Source of the DNA: Spirogloea muscicola
Taxonomy: Eukaryota
DNA length: 64,000 nt
Assembly: GCA_009602725.1 (NCBI GenBank)
Contig: WELB01000003.1
Location: 341,832 to 405,831 of the forward strand
Direction: 5' to 3'
The position numbers were made by a program, and so were the translations under genes. The notes under the pieces were generated by a model that ran no database searches, was not told where the DNA came from, and saw nothing but the letters and a program-made list of their open reading frames with translations. Position 1 is the first letter of the stretch; each line of letters starts with the position of its first letter. Positions 47,964 through 59,394 of the stretch are shown piece by piece.

Positions 47964-49409
47964 AGAGCCGCCGGCGCCACCATGGTCGTACCTTTGCCAA
48001 CTTAGCATAGGGCTACGCTTTATGTCGTATTATCTGTTCGCACTAGTTTTGCCCGAACGATGTATAGGCCTGCATTGGCCTTCCTTTCGTTTCGTACACA
48101 CTGCGCTCCCTCTCTCTCTTTTCCAGCCGTGGAGTTACTGAAAGTTACTCCGACTGGGGGGGTTACATTCCCATTTGCTGTGGTCTCTTGCATAGCTGTG
48201 TGCTTTGGCACCTTCCGGCCCTTTGGACCTTGTTCATTCAATCTAGGCTGGCATCACGCAGCATCTCATCGCTGTCAGTCGAAATAGCTGTTCTCTTCTC
48301 CCGCCTTTCCGAACCTATCGTATTTGGGCCGTAGATTGGAAGAGCTGTAAATTGGAAGAGCTGCTTCTCTTTCTTTGGGCTGGCCATTGGCTTTCATTAA
48401 TACAGAACAGCTCTTCCACTTGGAAGAGCTTCTTCTTCTTTGGGCTGGGCTCTCGCAGCCATTGCCTTACATTGCCGAAAATTGGATGAGCCGCTTCTTG
48501 CAATTTTTAGAGGGAGGCCAAAGCAATCAACAGCACTCGCAACATAAGGCAGGCTGTGAAAGGCCAGCCCAAAGGAATGTATGAAATAATAGTCTCCAAG
48601 ATGTCAGCAAGTGCAAATCAGATCTACCAGAGGCCGCATTCCTTCCACTGGAAACGAGAAAGACTTCTCTCCCAGTAGAGGGTGATGGCTGTGATTAGCA
48701 ATCCCAGAATAAAGATTTTTCAAAGTTTGAAGGGGCAGAAGAGCTGGAAGAGCTGCAGTTCGGCTGCATATTACCGATTTGCGGCTGCTGAACCCCCATC
48801 AAGCAATGCACACTCCATTCCCCTGGTTCGCCCCTTCTATTTTCTGGGCTGGCCAATCACAGCCAGTATGGGACAAGTATTGTCACTTTCTCTATGCTTG
48901 CAGGACTTCTGCTCTTTTGGGCATTTTCTCTCCTTGGGCTGGCCTTCCCCAGCCAATCGCCCCTTTTTGGACGAGCTTCTCTCTTGGTTTCTTTCTTTTG
49001 GGCTGCCCTTTGGAACTCTGGGTTATAAGGCTCCCATCGCTGTGGCCACTTGCATAGCCGTGTGGATTTAGCACCTTTCGGCCTTTGAACCTTGTTCGGT
49101 CTTTCCGGGCCGGCATAGCCGTGTGGATTTAGCACCTTTCGGCCTTTGAACCTTTTTCGGTCTTTCCGGGCCGTTCACACACTGACCTCGCCCCCTTAGA
49201 AAGAGCTTCCGATCTGGAAGAGCCCTTCCCTACTTCCGTAACATTTGGCGCCTTCCCTTCCACATTGCCCGTTTCGTCGGGCTGGCCTCTCACAGCCACT
49301 GGCTTATGGTGGAAAATCTGTTTATTTCTCTCTGTCACATAGTATTGTCGTGCAACTTCCGATCATTTCAGACCTTGTGTTCCCGTGGGGCTGACCTCCT
49401 CATAGCCAC

Positions 49410-52213
49410 TGTAGAGAACCTCGCCCTACACACGCAGTAAGGGTGAGCAGTCCTTCTTGAGTTCGGCTGTAGGGGGTTAGGGACCAACCCACTACACAGG
49501 CAAAGCACTAGCGCATTGGCGCAGCGGAAGACAGGCACTGTGGCGCCGCCATCCGGCGGCGACTCCACCTCCTGGGCGCAGGCCGGCGCAGCAGGCCCCG
49601 CAGCGGAGTGCGGTGGCGCTCGCGGCGAGCAGCGGCAAGGCTGCTCCTGGGCTTCCCTTGGTCGAACTCCTCTCGAGCCTCAGCCCCAAGGCTCCTCGTG
49701 CTTCCCCGTGCCACCCCCCTCCAGGGAGAAAGGCGCGCGGGGCGCATGAAATGAAAAGGGAGGCCAATTCAAGCCAACACACAGTTCAAGCAGAGGCGAG
49801 TGCAAACTAAACAAGGCTACATAACATAGAGACCTAAACTAAGGTGCCTAAGGTGACATTAGTACCCACGGGAGAGCACAAACAAATCGGACAAGCTAAC
49901 TTGGGGAGCTGGAGCGCCGCCACGAAAGCCGGAGGCCCGACTTAGAGCGCGCCCTGCACGTTGATGAAGAGCGAAGGCTTGCGAGCGCAGCAAACAAAGC
50001 GAGAGCCGCATTCTGTAGTATGCAATTAAGGCCTGTGGAATGCTGGAGTGGCCCAAGCTGCCCCCCCCACTTTTACGACGCGCATCAACCAGCCGGGCCA
50101 GATGCTGGATCAGAGAGGACCATTTCAAGCCGTAGCCGCCGTAGATATCCATGGCACACGGGCAAAGATGGTCCCCTCGGGGATGGTCCTGGTAGTGCCG
50201 CTCCTTCTTGCGCTCCGCGCTGGACGTGGCCCAGCCAGACACGGTTGACGTGGGTGCGCCAGCCTTGTATGCGTCGATCAGTACCACGTCCAGGAGCAGA
50301 CGAGGCCCACCGCCCCGGGGGGTGGCGACCACGTCCAGACGCCGCACGTATGGCTTGCCGCGCCTGAAGGAGATTGGCATGATGCCGGACACCTCCATCG
50401 CCGGATGATACCCCGCCTCTCGCAAAATTCCAAACATTGTATCCCTGAGTAAGTCGTGGGAGGCAATGCGCTCACCCCCCTCAGCACACCTCAGCATGTG
50501 CGCGGCTAGGGCGAGCTTGTCATCGGCAATGTGGCCACACTCGCACTGGCGGATGCCAGCCAAGCAAGGGGGGGGGAGGCCGAGGTGGTGATGGAGCGCG
50601 GTACGAAACAGGTTGTCTGAGAGCCGAAGGGACTCGTATATCGGCAGAGCATTTAACCACTCCGACGCGCCTGGGGAGCTGATGGAGAGGAGCCGGGTGA
50701 GGCCACGTCCATCGTCCTTGAGCAGTCCCTGCAAGTCAGAGGCGGCCTGCACGTCCGCAGCGTGAGAGTAAAGGCCCTGCGCTTTCCTGTCAGAACAGCG
50801 TGCCCATGCCGCAAAATCTGCATGACCCTCTGCAAGCGTTGGTAAGCAGCGCGAGAGGTCACGTAGTGCTGCGGTTAGAGAAAGCTGGAAGGGCAGGTTC
50901 CCTGTTGCAACACCCGCTATGGCGGGTGCTAAAACAGCCTGGCCCCTCAGGATGAAGCGACTGGAGATGGTGGAGGCCACTTGGGCCCAGCAACCCAGGT
51001 GAGCTGCTTGGGACAGGCGAGCCAATGGACGGCACCCAAGGCCGCCTTTACTGATGGGTAGGGTACACTGTAGGATGGCCGCCGGCGTGGCGGATAGGTC
51101 GGGATGGTCCACCAGGCCATGAAGAGCCTGTTGGAGTCTGGAGTCCACGATAGAGTAGATGGCGTTTAGTGCAGTGGTGGGGGGCACAGTCCGCAACAGG
51201 TAAGTGGGACGCCGGTGTGTGGGGATGGCCACCGCAAGCTGCGCGTCCTGTAGGGAGGGGAGGGCCGGGAGGGTCCGGAGATAGTTCTCAAGGGTGGACT
51301 CCACAACTTGCTCCACATGCGCAGCAGCCCCCAACGGGGCTCCAAGCACCACCATGCCGAGTGGTGGGGTCTGGCACCCGGCCGGCAGCTTGCTGGAGGG
51401 AGGGATGCCGGCTGGAGACCAGGCTGAACACTTCTCGGGCCTGCTGAGGCCGAGGCTGTGAAGCTCGCGCTCCGACGTGCTGTAAGCGCTGGTGACTTCA
51501 GTTGGGGGTCCCACCAGGGCGGTGTCGTCGGCGTAGCTTGGGATTAGCACGGCAGGGTGGGCCTTCGCCGTATTACGCAGCGCACGTAGGTGTGCCAATG
51601 CAAAGAGGAACCCGCCCAAAGGGTCTCCCTGCCGGGTGCCTGTGCTGGATTGCAAGACCACCTGTGACGTGCCCGCTCCCCAGAGCAGTCGGGAGGGTGC
51701 TCCGTAGGAAGACCGGAAGAAAGGGATGAGGGAGGGAAAATGCGTGCGCAGCTCCTCGGCGATGACACCTCTGTCAACACTGTTAAATGCATTCTTCACG
51801 TCCACAGATAGAGCCATCCAATCGGGATTGCAGTCTAGGGCAACACGTAGACCATGAACCACTGTCTCCGCGCCCGCAGACAGCCCTGCGCCAAACTGGT
51901 GTGGAGAGAAGTGGAGCTGCGCCGCCTCTCTGTTCTGCTGGAATAGAATTTTTGAAACCAGTCGGGTAAGGACCCGCTCACACCTCCAGGAGTGTGAGCG
52001 GGTCGGCCCATGGCCCGCCTTGCGGCAGGCCAAAGATCTTCCCTTGAAGGGGCGGGTCCTAGCGAGGGGCATTTCTGGACGGGCGGGGCCCGTCTCTGGG
52101 CGGCCACTTCCCCGGCAAGCCAGCCCGCCACCTGGCTGGCCACTTGTCCCAAATGGCCGGTCATGTAATGCCAACAGAGCCATGTGGCTCAACCAAACGG
52201 CTGGTTCTTTACA
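49410..52213 (-). mobile_element. Solo LTR of the chromovirus family, split by a CRE-like insertion
   Basis: Termini tgtagagaacc...ggttctttaca with a 5-bp TSD GCCAC (49405-49409 and 52214-52218). Both halves align with the LTR at 63131-63663. Confidence 0.92.
49726..51982 (-). mobile_element. 5'-truncated CRE-like non-LTR retrotransposon with open RT-CCHC-RLE frame and 3' UTR
   Basis: QFGAG...DVKNAFNSVDR...GTRQGDPLG...YADD...LPISKGGLG...CECG...HMLRC...RRLDVV...AERKKERHY, stop at 49859. Flanked by the direct repeat CCTCCAGG (49718-49725 and 51983-51990). Confidence 0.93.
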
Positions 52214-52702
52214 GCCACTATCTTACTTTGGAAGAGCTGTTTCTTCTTATTACATTTTCACAGCCCCGCCACTTTCAAACACTTATTACCCTTCTGCATG
52301 TATATTTTACAGTATCTAACATGGCTGGAAAGTCAATGCAGCAGTGAAGACTTGACAGATGCCTGCAGACTAGCCACCTCATCTGGCTGGAACCATTTGT
52401 CAGTGCGGCAGGAAAGGCTTGACAGATGCCTGGAGACAGTCTCCCAGGCTGACGACTGGGGACGTTGGTGTCTATGTATGTATATATAGAAACCCCCCCC
52501 GAGCTGATAACAGCTCAGTTTTGAAGCGTGACGATAGATAGCACGGTGCTGACGCTGGAAGAAGTGGCTCTCCCAATGGGGGCAAGGGCTGTGAGAAGCC
52601 AGCCCGAAAAGAATTGACAAGGTTCGAAGGGGCCAAACTACGAGCTAAGCAGCGACTGCGGGGCCTGAAGAGGCTATGGCAGAACGGGGGAGGATGGACC
52701 AC

Positions 52703-53296
52703 TCAGTAGTTACAAGTAAGGAGCCTCACATCCGACAGACTAGCTGCCGGAAAACTATCTCCCTGACGAAAGCCGGAGGCCGCAGCGAGAGCACGGCCAG
52801 CACGCAGATGCAAGGCGTGGGCCATGGACCGCAGGAGGGAGACGGACAAGCGCATACGATATACCTGAGCCCACGAGCCGGCGGCGTTGAAGTCAGCCGG
52901 CTCACCGCGCCTGCGGGACACAGCGCGCCGTGCAAGCCTGGCCAACACGTCGAGCCAGTGGGATCCGAGAGCCCCGTGCACGTCCACAGCTAGGGGGACG
53001 AACTCATCGGCAGCCGGGTGGTCGGCGTGTTTGGCCGCCTTGCTGCGAGCGGCCTTCGCCGCAGCGTGGCCGGCCCGCGAGGCAGAAAGCCCGGGGTTGG
53101 AGCGGTCGACCACATCTGTGGTGACCACATCGGCAATATGCGCCCGCCACCGCCCGTCGTGGACGCCACCGGGTCGACGCGGCGCGTGTGGAGTCCGTCG
53201 GCCCTTTGGAGGATGGGCATGACAGATGTATTCTCCATCGCAACTGTGAATCCGGCCTCCTGGAAGATGCCGAACATTGCGTCGCGGAGGAGGTCA
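52703..53296 (-). mobile_element. 3' fragment of a CRE-like element (RLE domain)
   Basis: HDLLRDAMFGIFQEAGF...RRVDPV, then frameshifted to DVVTTDVVD...KAAKHADHPAADEFVPLAVDVHG...LSDVRLL*. Confidence 0.88.
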
Positions 53297-53629
53297 TGAG
53301 CAGCTGTGCTGGAAGGGCGTGGGGAGGTGGCAGCAGTGCATTCTTTGATGGCAACCGCAGTGTTCGTTGGTGTTGACGTGGACATTAGACCGCTCATACA
53401 GCCCGTTGGTGGTAGACCGTCACGTTATTGACGGGGGTATGACGAGGACCGGCAAGAGGGCGGTGGCGGCCGACTGATGGGTTAGATTGTGGGTGGTAGA
53501 CCGTTTAAAGCCATCGACAGGTCGTGGCGGGTCGTGGACGGGGTACAGCCGGTGCCGACATTTCCACACAGCATGTCTTGCTCCAGCAGACCATGCCATG
53601 ACAACGCCTTTCATGACGCTACCAGAAAC

Positions 53630-54010
53630 ACACCCTTAATTTTGAAATTTGGTCGGCATCGCCGATCACCTTTGCAGGTGGGGACGCCTGAGCGCGTTCT
53701 GGCCGCAGAAAGCTTCATCGGTAACCTCCTGGAGCATCAGTGGAGGGCTAAGCAGATTATGACAATTGCTCAGAACCGGCAAGAGCAGTATGCTGATTGC
53801 CGTCGTCGGGATGTGTCATTCGACGTGGGTGCCCAAGTTTTGATGAGCACTAAGATGCGGGCTGTTCGTTCGCACAAGCTGCTGCCGAAGTGGGTTCAGA
53901 CCCTTTCGTGTAATGCGCCTGGTTGGCAAGGTCGCATATAAGCTTGACACACCGGTACAATAGAATACCCACAAGGGTTTCCATGTCTCAACTTGAGCTG
54001 AGACACGTTG
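53630..54010 (+). mobile_element. Degenerate Ty3/gypsy integrase C-terminal (Tf2-like SH3) fragment
   Basis: AQNRQEQYADCRRRDVSFDVGAQVLMST...KLLPKWV...AYKL pattern with frameshifts. Confidence 0.75.
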
Positions 54011-54042
54011 AAAGTGGTGAGCTGGCCCGCACAACTTTACTT

Positions 54043-54110
54043 GGCCTCTTCCCCTGGAGCAGCGGCGTGGCTCATGGCCCTTCCCATCTCCGACGCCCTC
54101 AGGCTCCTGA
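54043..54110 (+). mobile_element. Tiny CRE-like fragment
   Basis: ASSPGAAAWLMALPISDALRL matches ASSPGAAAWLSALP (46.4 kb) and SSPGASEWLNALPIYESLRL (50.6 kb). Confidence 0.65.
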
Positions 54111-54154
54111 TCGGCACTACGGCTTTCCGTAGTGCCGATCCACCGGCTCCTCTG

Positions 54155-54653
54155 TGACGTTCCCCCCGTTCAAGCGAGCCAACGGTGCCGGTAACCTTAC
54201 ATGATCGTATTGTATTTGGGAGTTCCAAACGATACGGGTAAATTCGGTGCACTATACGTGTAGCAAAGTGTGGGCTGAGACCCTGGGCACGTGCGGCACG
54301 CGCCACGTGCGGCACGCGCGGCTCGCGCCCCGCGGCACGCACTGCACGCGCCACGTGCAGCGCTCGCCACGCGCAGCACCCGCCACGCGACTCGCCTTCC
54401 CATCCGTCAGGCTCGTGCCACGAGCAGCACGCGCCACGCGGCACGCGCTGCATGCGCTACGCGCGGCACGCGCCAGTCCCCGAGATTCGTATTCCTGTAT
54501 CCCCATTCGTCAGGCCCGCCCCTCCAGGGGATGACCTTGAGGGCTACCCTCGTCACACCCTCTGGGGAGGGGCTGCAGGAGAAACGCTACAAGATTTGCG
54601 TTTCCCCTGCAAGTAGTGGGCCGAGGCCAGACTCCTCGGTATCCCCAACATCG
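54155..54653 (-). mobile_element. LTR-like sequence related to 62527-63008, opposite orientation; boundaries approximate
   Basis: The reverse strand begins gatgttggggataccgaggagtctggcctcggcccactact, versus gatgttgaccgggtaccccgactctggtctcagccctact at 62528. Both contain a CACGCG/CACGTG-rich tract and are similar in length. Confidence 0.55.
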
Positions 54654-55008
54654 ATACCGGCAACAAACAATCCAATTGATAGAGCAGTCAACAACGTCAC
54701 AGTCCAACATTTTAGCCGACCACCTCAATGTCGTCGACGAAGTTTACAGAAGACAGTACGTCGATTTTTGTTGCACGCCGCATGGCTTGGGTGTACCCGC
54801 AGAACGACAGCAATGGATGCTTGTGCATTTCTTGGTGTGCAAGCCACCCCACCGGCCCTCTTACAAAATGCTCCTACCGCCCTAGACACCGTTTCTACGG
54901 CACTGGTGGTAGATCCACGTGGCGGGCCGCTGAACTTCACCTGGAGCCTGTGTCCCCTACGCCTTTGGCTACGCTACCACAATCAAGCTTCAAATGGTCA
55001 CAACGCGT

Positions 55009-55494
55009 CAGCGTTGTGACCAAATCCTTACAATCTTCGTTGGTGTCTAGCCAAGAAGCGTCCACCTTGCGAATTATCTCCAATAGGCGATCGGCAAGTT
55101 TGGTGCTCTCGCTGACGAACAGATCCAGCTTAATGGTGGTGGGATCAACGATGTAATCCTCAATTTCAGTTTCAGTACCTAGAAAGTAGCTGAGCTCCAC
55201 ACTCTCGCCCGCCGGAACGAACGCGAAAACATGCTCGCTGTTGCGCAGCGCCACCGTCTCGGTGTCGCCCCCAATAATCCATGGGAGTTTGCGCAACCAT
55301 TGATCTACCAGACGAACAATAGGGTCAGAGTATTCGCCGCAGGCATCTTTGCCGTCAAAACGGACGACGATGCGGCCCTCGAAGAGACTGATATCGGCTA
55401 GTTCGCCGCGATACGTATCGATCTCTTGCAGAAACGACGCGGCATCCAGTGTACTGTCACCGGCGTCAAGATTAAAGTCGAGCGCGAACTTCAT
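55009..55494 (-). pseudogene. Bacterial-type hypothetical protein, 3'-truncated
   Basis: Intron-less acidic globular ORF MKFALDFNLD...DLVTTLT, preceded by the 3' end of another same-strand ORF (55571-55746) in operon-like spacing. It is cut at a hairpin junction. Confidence 0.6.
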
Positions 55495-55746
55495 CGGTGT
55501 GGTTGTGGTTCTTCCAACTTTTTATGCATCCAAATTACAAAAAAACGAGCCGTTAGGCCAGCGATGACCTTTACTGCACCGTTTTGGCCGTCGACGTCAA
55601 CCCTCGTCTGTCTTTAACCTCAAGCGCTGGGTCATTTTGCCTCAAGTACAAGCTTTTGAGGCGCGCCAGGGCTGTCTCCAATCGTTTCACCCAAACTTCT
55701 GCTGTTGTCGTTTTTTTGCCAACGGCGAGAGCTTTCTCATAAACCA

Positions 55747-56189
55747 TGATGGTCACGCTGTTGCAGAGGGAGCATATTGAGCGTGCATCGGAAGACTTTT
55801 GGCAGAGTATCAGGGCCGCTGGGGGCCGGCTGATGGCTGTGGGTCCTGGGGCTGTTCTTGTGGACAGAACATCGATCCCAGGCCGCGATGGAATGGTAGT
55901 GCGGCGCCTGGGAGCAGCTGCGGATCTGGACGCCACCGATGTGGGCGCGGTCAGCCTTGTCGGAACGGGGCTGTTGCGGCAGGCGATGTTCGATGTGCGC
56001 CGTTTTTTGCGGGGAGCTTTACATTTTGGTACGGACCCCTTGCTAACGAGCGTTGTGCCAGTGGCAGATGTTGACACGCTGGTGTGCGCTCTGCATGCAC
56101 ACTTTATTATGGCGTCATTTCGATCTTCAGGTTGCGCCAGCTCTCTCCGCCATAAGCTATTTCTGCCGCACGCCAATCACATGCAGTAA
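55747..56189 (+). pseudogene. lysC: Aspartate kinase C-terminal ACT-domain fragment (bacterial)
   Basis: DVGAVSLVGTGL...TSVVPVADVDTLVCALHAHF is the typical aspartokinase second ACT ending. Confidence 0.65.
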
Positions 56190-56292
56190 AAAAATTGGTG
56201 TATTTGTTGTACAAAGTGCTTAGTTTGGCGTGTAACTCAGCGTCGGTGTTGTTGTGCAACGATACAACGTCGTTATTGCTGTTGGGGTCTTA

Positions 56293-56440
56293 AAGATGCA
56301 GTGTGTGCCCTACACCCATATAGCCCAGAGTCACCTGCCCGCGCATTCCATCGGCTAGTTGCGCCACGGCCGCTGCCGGTCCGTAACCAAAGGGTTCAGC
56401 ATTGAGTATAAGTTGCGGTCTATAAACCAGGTCGACAAAC
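56293..56440 (-). pseudogene. Short bacterial-type fragment, possibly a glycosyltransferase-like N-terminus
   Basis: LILNAEPFGYGPAAAVAQLA...TLGYMGVGHTLHL* resembles a GT-B first beta-alpha unit. Family not certain. Confidence 0.3.
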
Positions 56441-56496
56441 CATACAGCCGACGTCCCAATAAGGTAAGCTGCTCTTGCATCTGTCTAGCACTTTGA

Positions 56497-56870
56497 TTGG
56501 CGCCCCAAACGCCCTCCCACCGATTGCTTTAGCCGCTTGGCCTGCAACTGTTGTTCAAGGTGGGCTTGGCCTTGAGCTTGTTCAGCGGCCGGCAGCTGCG
56601 CAATAGCTATGGTGCGCGCCTGATCGAGGTCGCTGAGATCAGGACGCGGAAAATTCAATGCGGCCCACAACAGCACCGACAGAGCCAAGATAACCGTGCC
56701 GGTCTCCTGAACAAATACTTTGCAGCGTTCAAACACATTGAGCAACACGGCACGGGGCTCCGGCAGGTGATAAATCGGCATATCCAGCAGCAGTGGCGGG
56801 AGAGATGAGCGCAGCAGCGTGCGTTCGAGCAGCCACGCCGTGCCCAGGGCGGCCATAAAATGGCACCCGC
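56497..56870 (-). pseudogene. feoB: Ferrous iron transporter FeoB internal fragment (bacterial)
   Basis: LLLDMPIYHLP...FVQETGTVILALSVLLWAALNFP...SVGGRLGR corresponds to the FeoB ELPxYRLP/GTIIL/SxxGRxG region. Confidence 0.85.
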
Positions 56871-56891
56871 GGCTACCTGTTTGCTAAAAAT

Positions 56892-57772
56892 GTGTATAAA
56901 AGCCCCCTTAAACATCCGGTTGCCCGTACCCTCGACAAAATCCATGCGGGTTTAAGCGAGCCCGAACGCAGCTTGGCCAACGACGTGCTGCTGCGCGGCG
57001 AAGCGGAGCGCTTGCCTGAACAGTACAAACGCATCACGTTCCAGCTCGCACCGGAAAAAGCGACCCGCTTGACAGTGGCCTTAAGCAGCTTCTTGCAGCA
57101 AAGGGGCGACCTGCCCACTCTGTTACGCAGCTTTTTAACCATTGACGACGCGAACTTTGCAGATCGTTACACGTTTTACGACGTCGTTGCGCCGATGATA
57201 CGGCTGTACACCGTGCGCATCCCTGACACCATGACGCTCACTGCGATAACTCATGGCGGCTACACCAAAAGCGTCAAAGTGCGTGTGTGGGGCACCTTTC
57301 AATTCGCTGGGCTGGATCGCTCACCGCTCTCCGGTATGCAAAACCTGATGGACCTGGTAACATTTAGGGAGCTGTACGGCGCCAGCGATCCGGAGCAGCA
57401 GCAAGAGCTGGCAGCCCTGCGCCGCACCGTTGAAGTGCAGGACATCAACCGGAATGACGCAGAAGCGCAGATGTTCACCGATACAAAAACCGTCCGAGCA
57501 CAACGGACCCGGGCTGGCGGGCCGGTGCAATTTTCGTCTGGGACGTTTGCCGAGGTCAAAAAGCTGCGCAATCGCGGCCAAGAAACCTTCGATTTGGACG
57601 AATTGGCCAATGGCCTGGCGCTCAACGCCGCCGTGCTGCTTAAAGATCCAACCCGCATCGCCGCAACGCATGCACACCTGCAGGGGTTAGCAGCAAAGGC
57701 GGGGCTTGCTCTGCAAGTTGTAGACTGGAAATCTGCCGCAGGCCTTATTAGCCGTTTTGTCACCGTTGTGGC
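56892..57772 (+). pseudogene. ABC transporter permease (FtsX/LolE-like) periplasmic fragment, Myxococcota-like
   Basis: FYDVVAPMIRLY...GYTKSVKVRVWGTFQFAGLDRSPLSG..LMDLVTFRELYG...LNAAVLLKDP...VVDWKSAAGLISRFV, truncated before the TM helices. The taxon assignment is from recollection of the family, not a search. Confidence 0.75.
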
Positions 57773-58245
57773 GTAGCCTTCAAGCGTTTAACAATTCTTG
57801 TTTGTAAGCTTGCAAAATTATCCTGTCCTTTTTCTGTCTTCATTAAAGGCTTTGACTCGCGAGCCATACGATAGTGGACCATATAGTCAATGGAATCTTC
57901 AACCCAACATCCTGCAATTTCATCTAACTTACTTACATCACTTCTGAGATGGTCCTGGTGACTACCACACAGTGAGCCTAGCCATCCAAGGGGCCAGCAA
58001 AGGACTATAGATAGCCCCGCTCCACCAGCTGTTGCAACGAATATTGTTCCGCCTGTAGCAATTATAAGCCCCGAAACAACTCCTCCAAGCAATAGGCTCG
58101 TTATGATCCCGACGCAACGACCTGCACCCTTACATACAATTACATTACCTGAAGCCGTAGGAGTTAATGCCTGGTATGTGGAAGGCCTCGATATTGCCAC
58201 ATGGTTTGTGCTAGGATTTGAGCGCGTGTTACCCATTGTAATCAT
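57760..58245 (-). CDS. Orphan AT-richer ORF with a Gly-rich hydrophobic hairpin
   Basis: 161-aa intron-less ORF containing GIITSLLLGGVVSGLIIATGGTIFVATAGGAGLSIVLCWPLGWLG. Its 3' end overlaps the junction with the permease fragment. Confidence 0.45.
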   Translation of the reverse strand: MITMGNTRSNPSTNHVAISRPSTYQALTPTASGNVIVCKGAGRCVGIITSLLLGGVVSGLIIATGGTIFVATAGGAGLSIVLCWPLGWLGSLCGSHQDHLRSDVSKLDEIAGCWVEDSIDYMVHYRMARESKPLMKTEKGQDNFASLQTRIVKRLKATPQR

Positions 58246-58315
58246 TCGCGATTATGAGCTGGGGACTGGATGTATGCTCAATTTATTGGCGGACCTCTTT
58301 GTCATGATCTATTGT

Positions 58316-59151
58316 CTAGGGCTGCAGACCGTTATCAGCACTACATAAACGATCCGCAAATAGCTGGTCTTTCATAAGCCTGTGCATGTAATCCAAAACT
58401 CTATACATGCATTTAATGCACGACATAGCATAGTCATCACTTTCTTGGGCTATAATTCCGATCGTTTTGTATTTGTACGGGTGTGCTGACCCCATCCTTT
58501 TACGCAATAGGCGCCGAACAGCCGTGCTGTTATCGCAAGGCCCAAAAATACTACCGTCATTAGGGGCAAAGGCGCTGCCAAAGAACCAACGAAGTTCGTG
58601 TATTGTTTGCGGTCCAAAACAACGATACTGATAAATATGTTATAGATCTGAGGTAAAAGAAGCCAGGTGCGTAATACCTACATTTTCAAGCAAGATATTC
58701 TTAGCTTATTTGAATCAACAGCGCGCCACCAGTAAATCATGGTTTCTGGGAAAGTCAGCGTACATGCCATAATATCCAAACCTGGTGATAGCATAGAACA
58801 ATACGTGCGCTTTTCAGACCACCATGCGCGCAGTTCTCGTGAGGACTCTGCGGCAAACAAGTCATCACCTTTACATTCTGCGTCCCATCGGAAAATATTC
58901 GTAAACCAGGAGTATATTGGTTTACGAGAGGATACTAATGATAACCCTCTAAAAGATTTTGCATAGCGGGATACAATAAGATATAAGGCTGCTATTCCCG
59001 TGCCCGCTACCGCTGCAGATTTATTAAAAGGTGGCAGACAACCAGCAGTAATCACTCCAAGCCCAGCCGCCATCAGGCCGTCCCACAACACATCCATTAA
59101 ACTATCATTTATTACCGAAGATATCAAATATTTTGGCATCACTTTACGCAT
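58316..59151 (-). pseudogene. Orphan AT-richer membrane-protein ORF, apparently broken into two frames
   Basis: ORF 59151-58678 has two hydrophobic segments and is followed by an open frame YQYRCFGPQTIHELRW...NGLQP* ending at 58316. Confidence 0.4.
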
Positions 59152-59394
59152 TACTATCGTGACGCTAAATACATAAACAAAGTCACTCTTTCCTTCTGGC
59201 CGGCGGGCACAGCATGTCTGAGGGTTTTTCTACTTCACTTTTCCTATTAGCCATCAACATGGGACATAGCCGGCAAAAGTTGAAGCTGCTGGTTGACAAA
59301 CTGTTGGATTCCGAACTCAAGATTATGGCGTACTCTAAACTCTTCGTTGTGCTCGTCTACTTACTGATATTCGTGACTATGTCCACCTCACGCG

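Larger units (their letters stand above)
47965..52630. repeat. Non-coding repetitive element with recurrent short motifs, interrupted by the solo LTR
   Basis: Repeated TTGGAAGAGCT and TTGGGCTGGCC motifs at 48.3-49.3 kb resume at 52228 after the LTR. There is a ~61-bp tandem duplication at ~49052-49172. 52554-52628 is shared with 36975-37050. Boundaries approximate. Confidence 0.5.

Noticed and set aside
48300..49300. CRISPR-like array suggested by recurring GGAAGAGC/GGGCTGGCC motifs
   Set aside because: The motifs are short, irregularly spaced and in both orientations, with no constant spacers and no cas genes.
49859..52192. 777-aa ORF as a complete novel RT protein
   Set aside because: Its first ~70 codons are chance read-through from LTR sequence into a 5'-truncated element.
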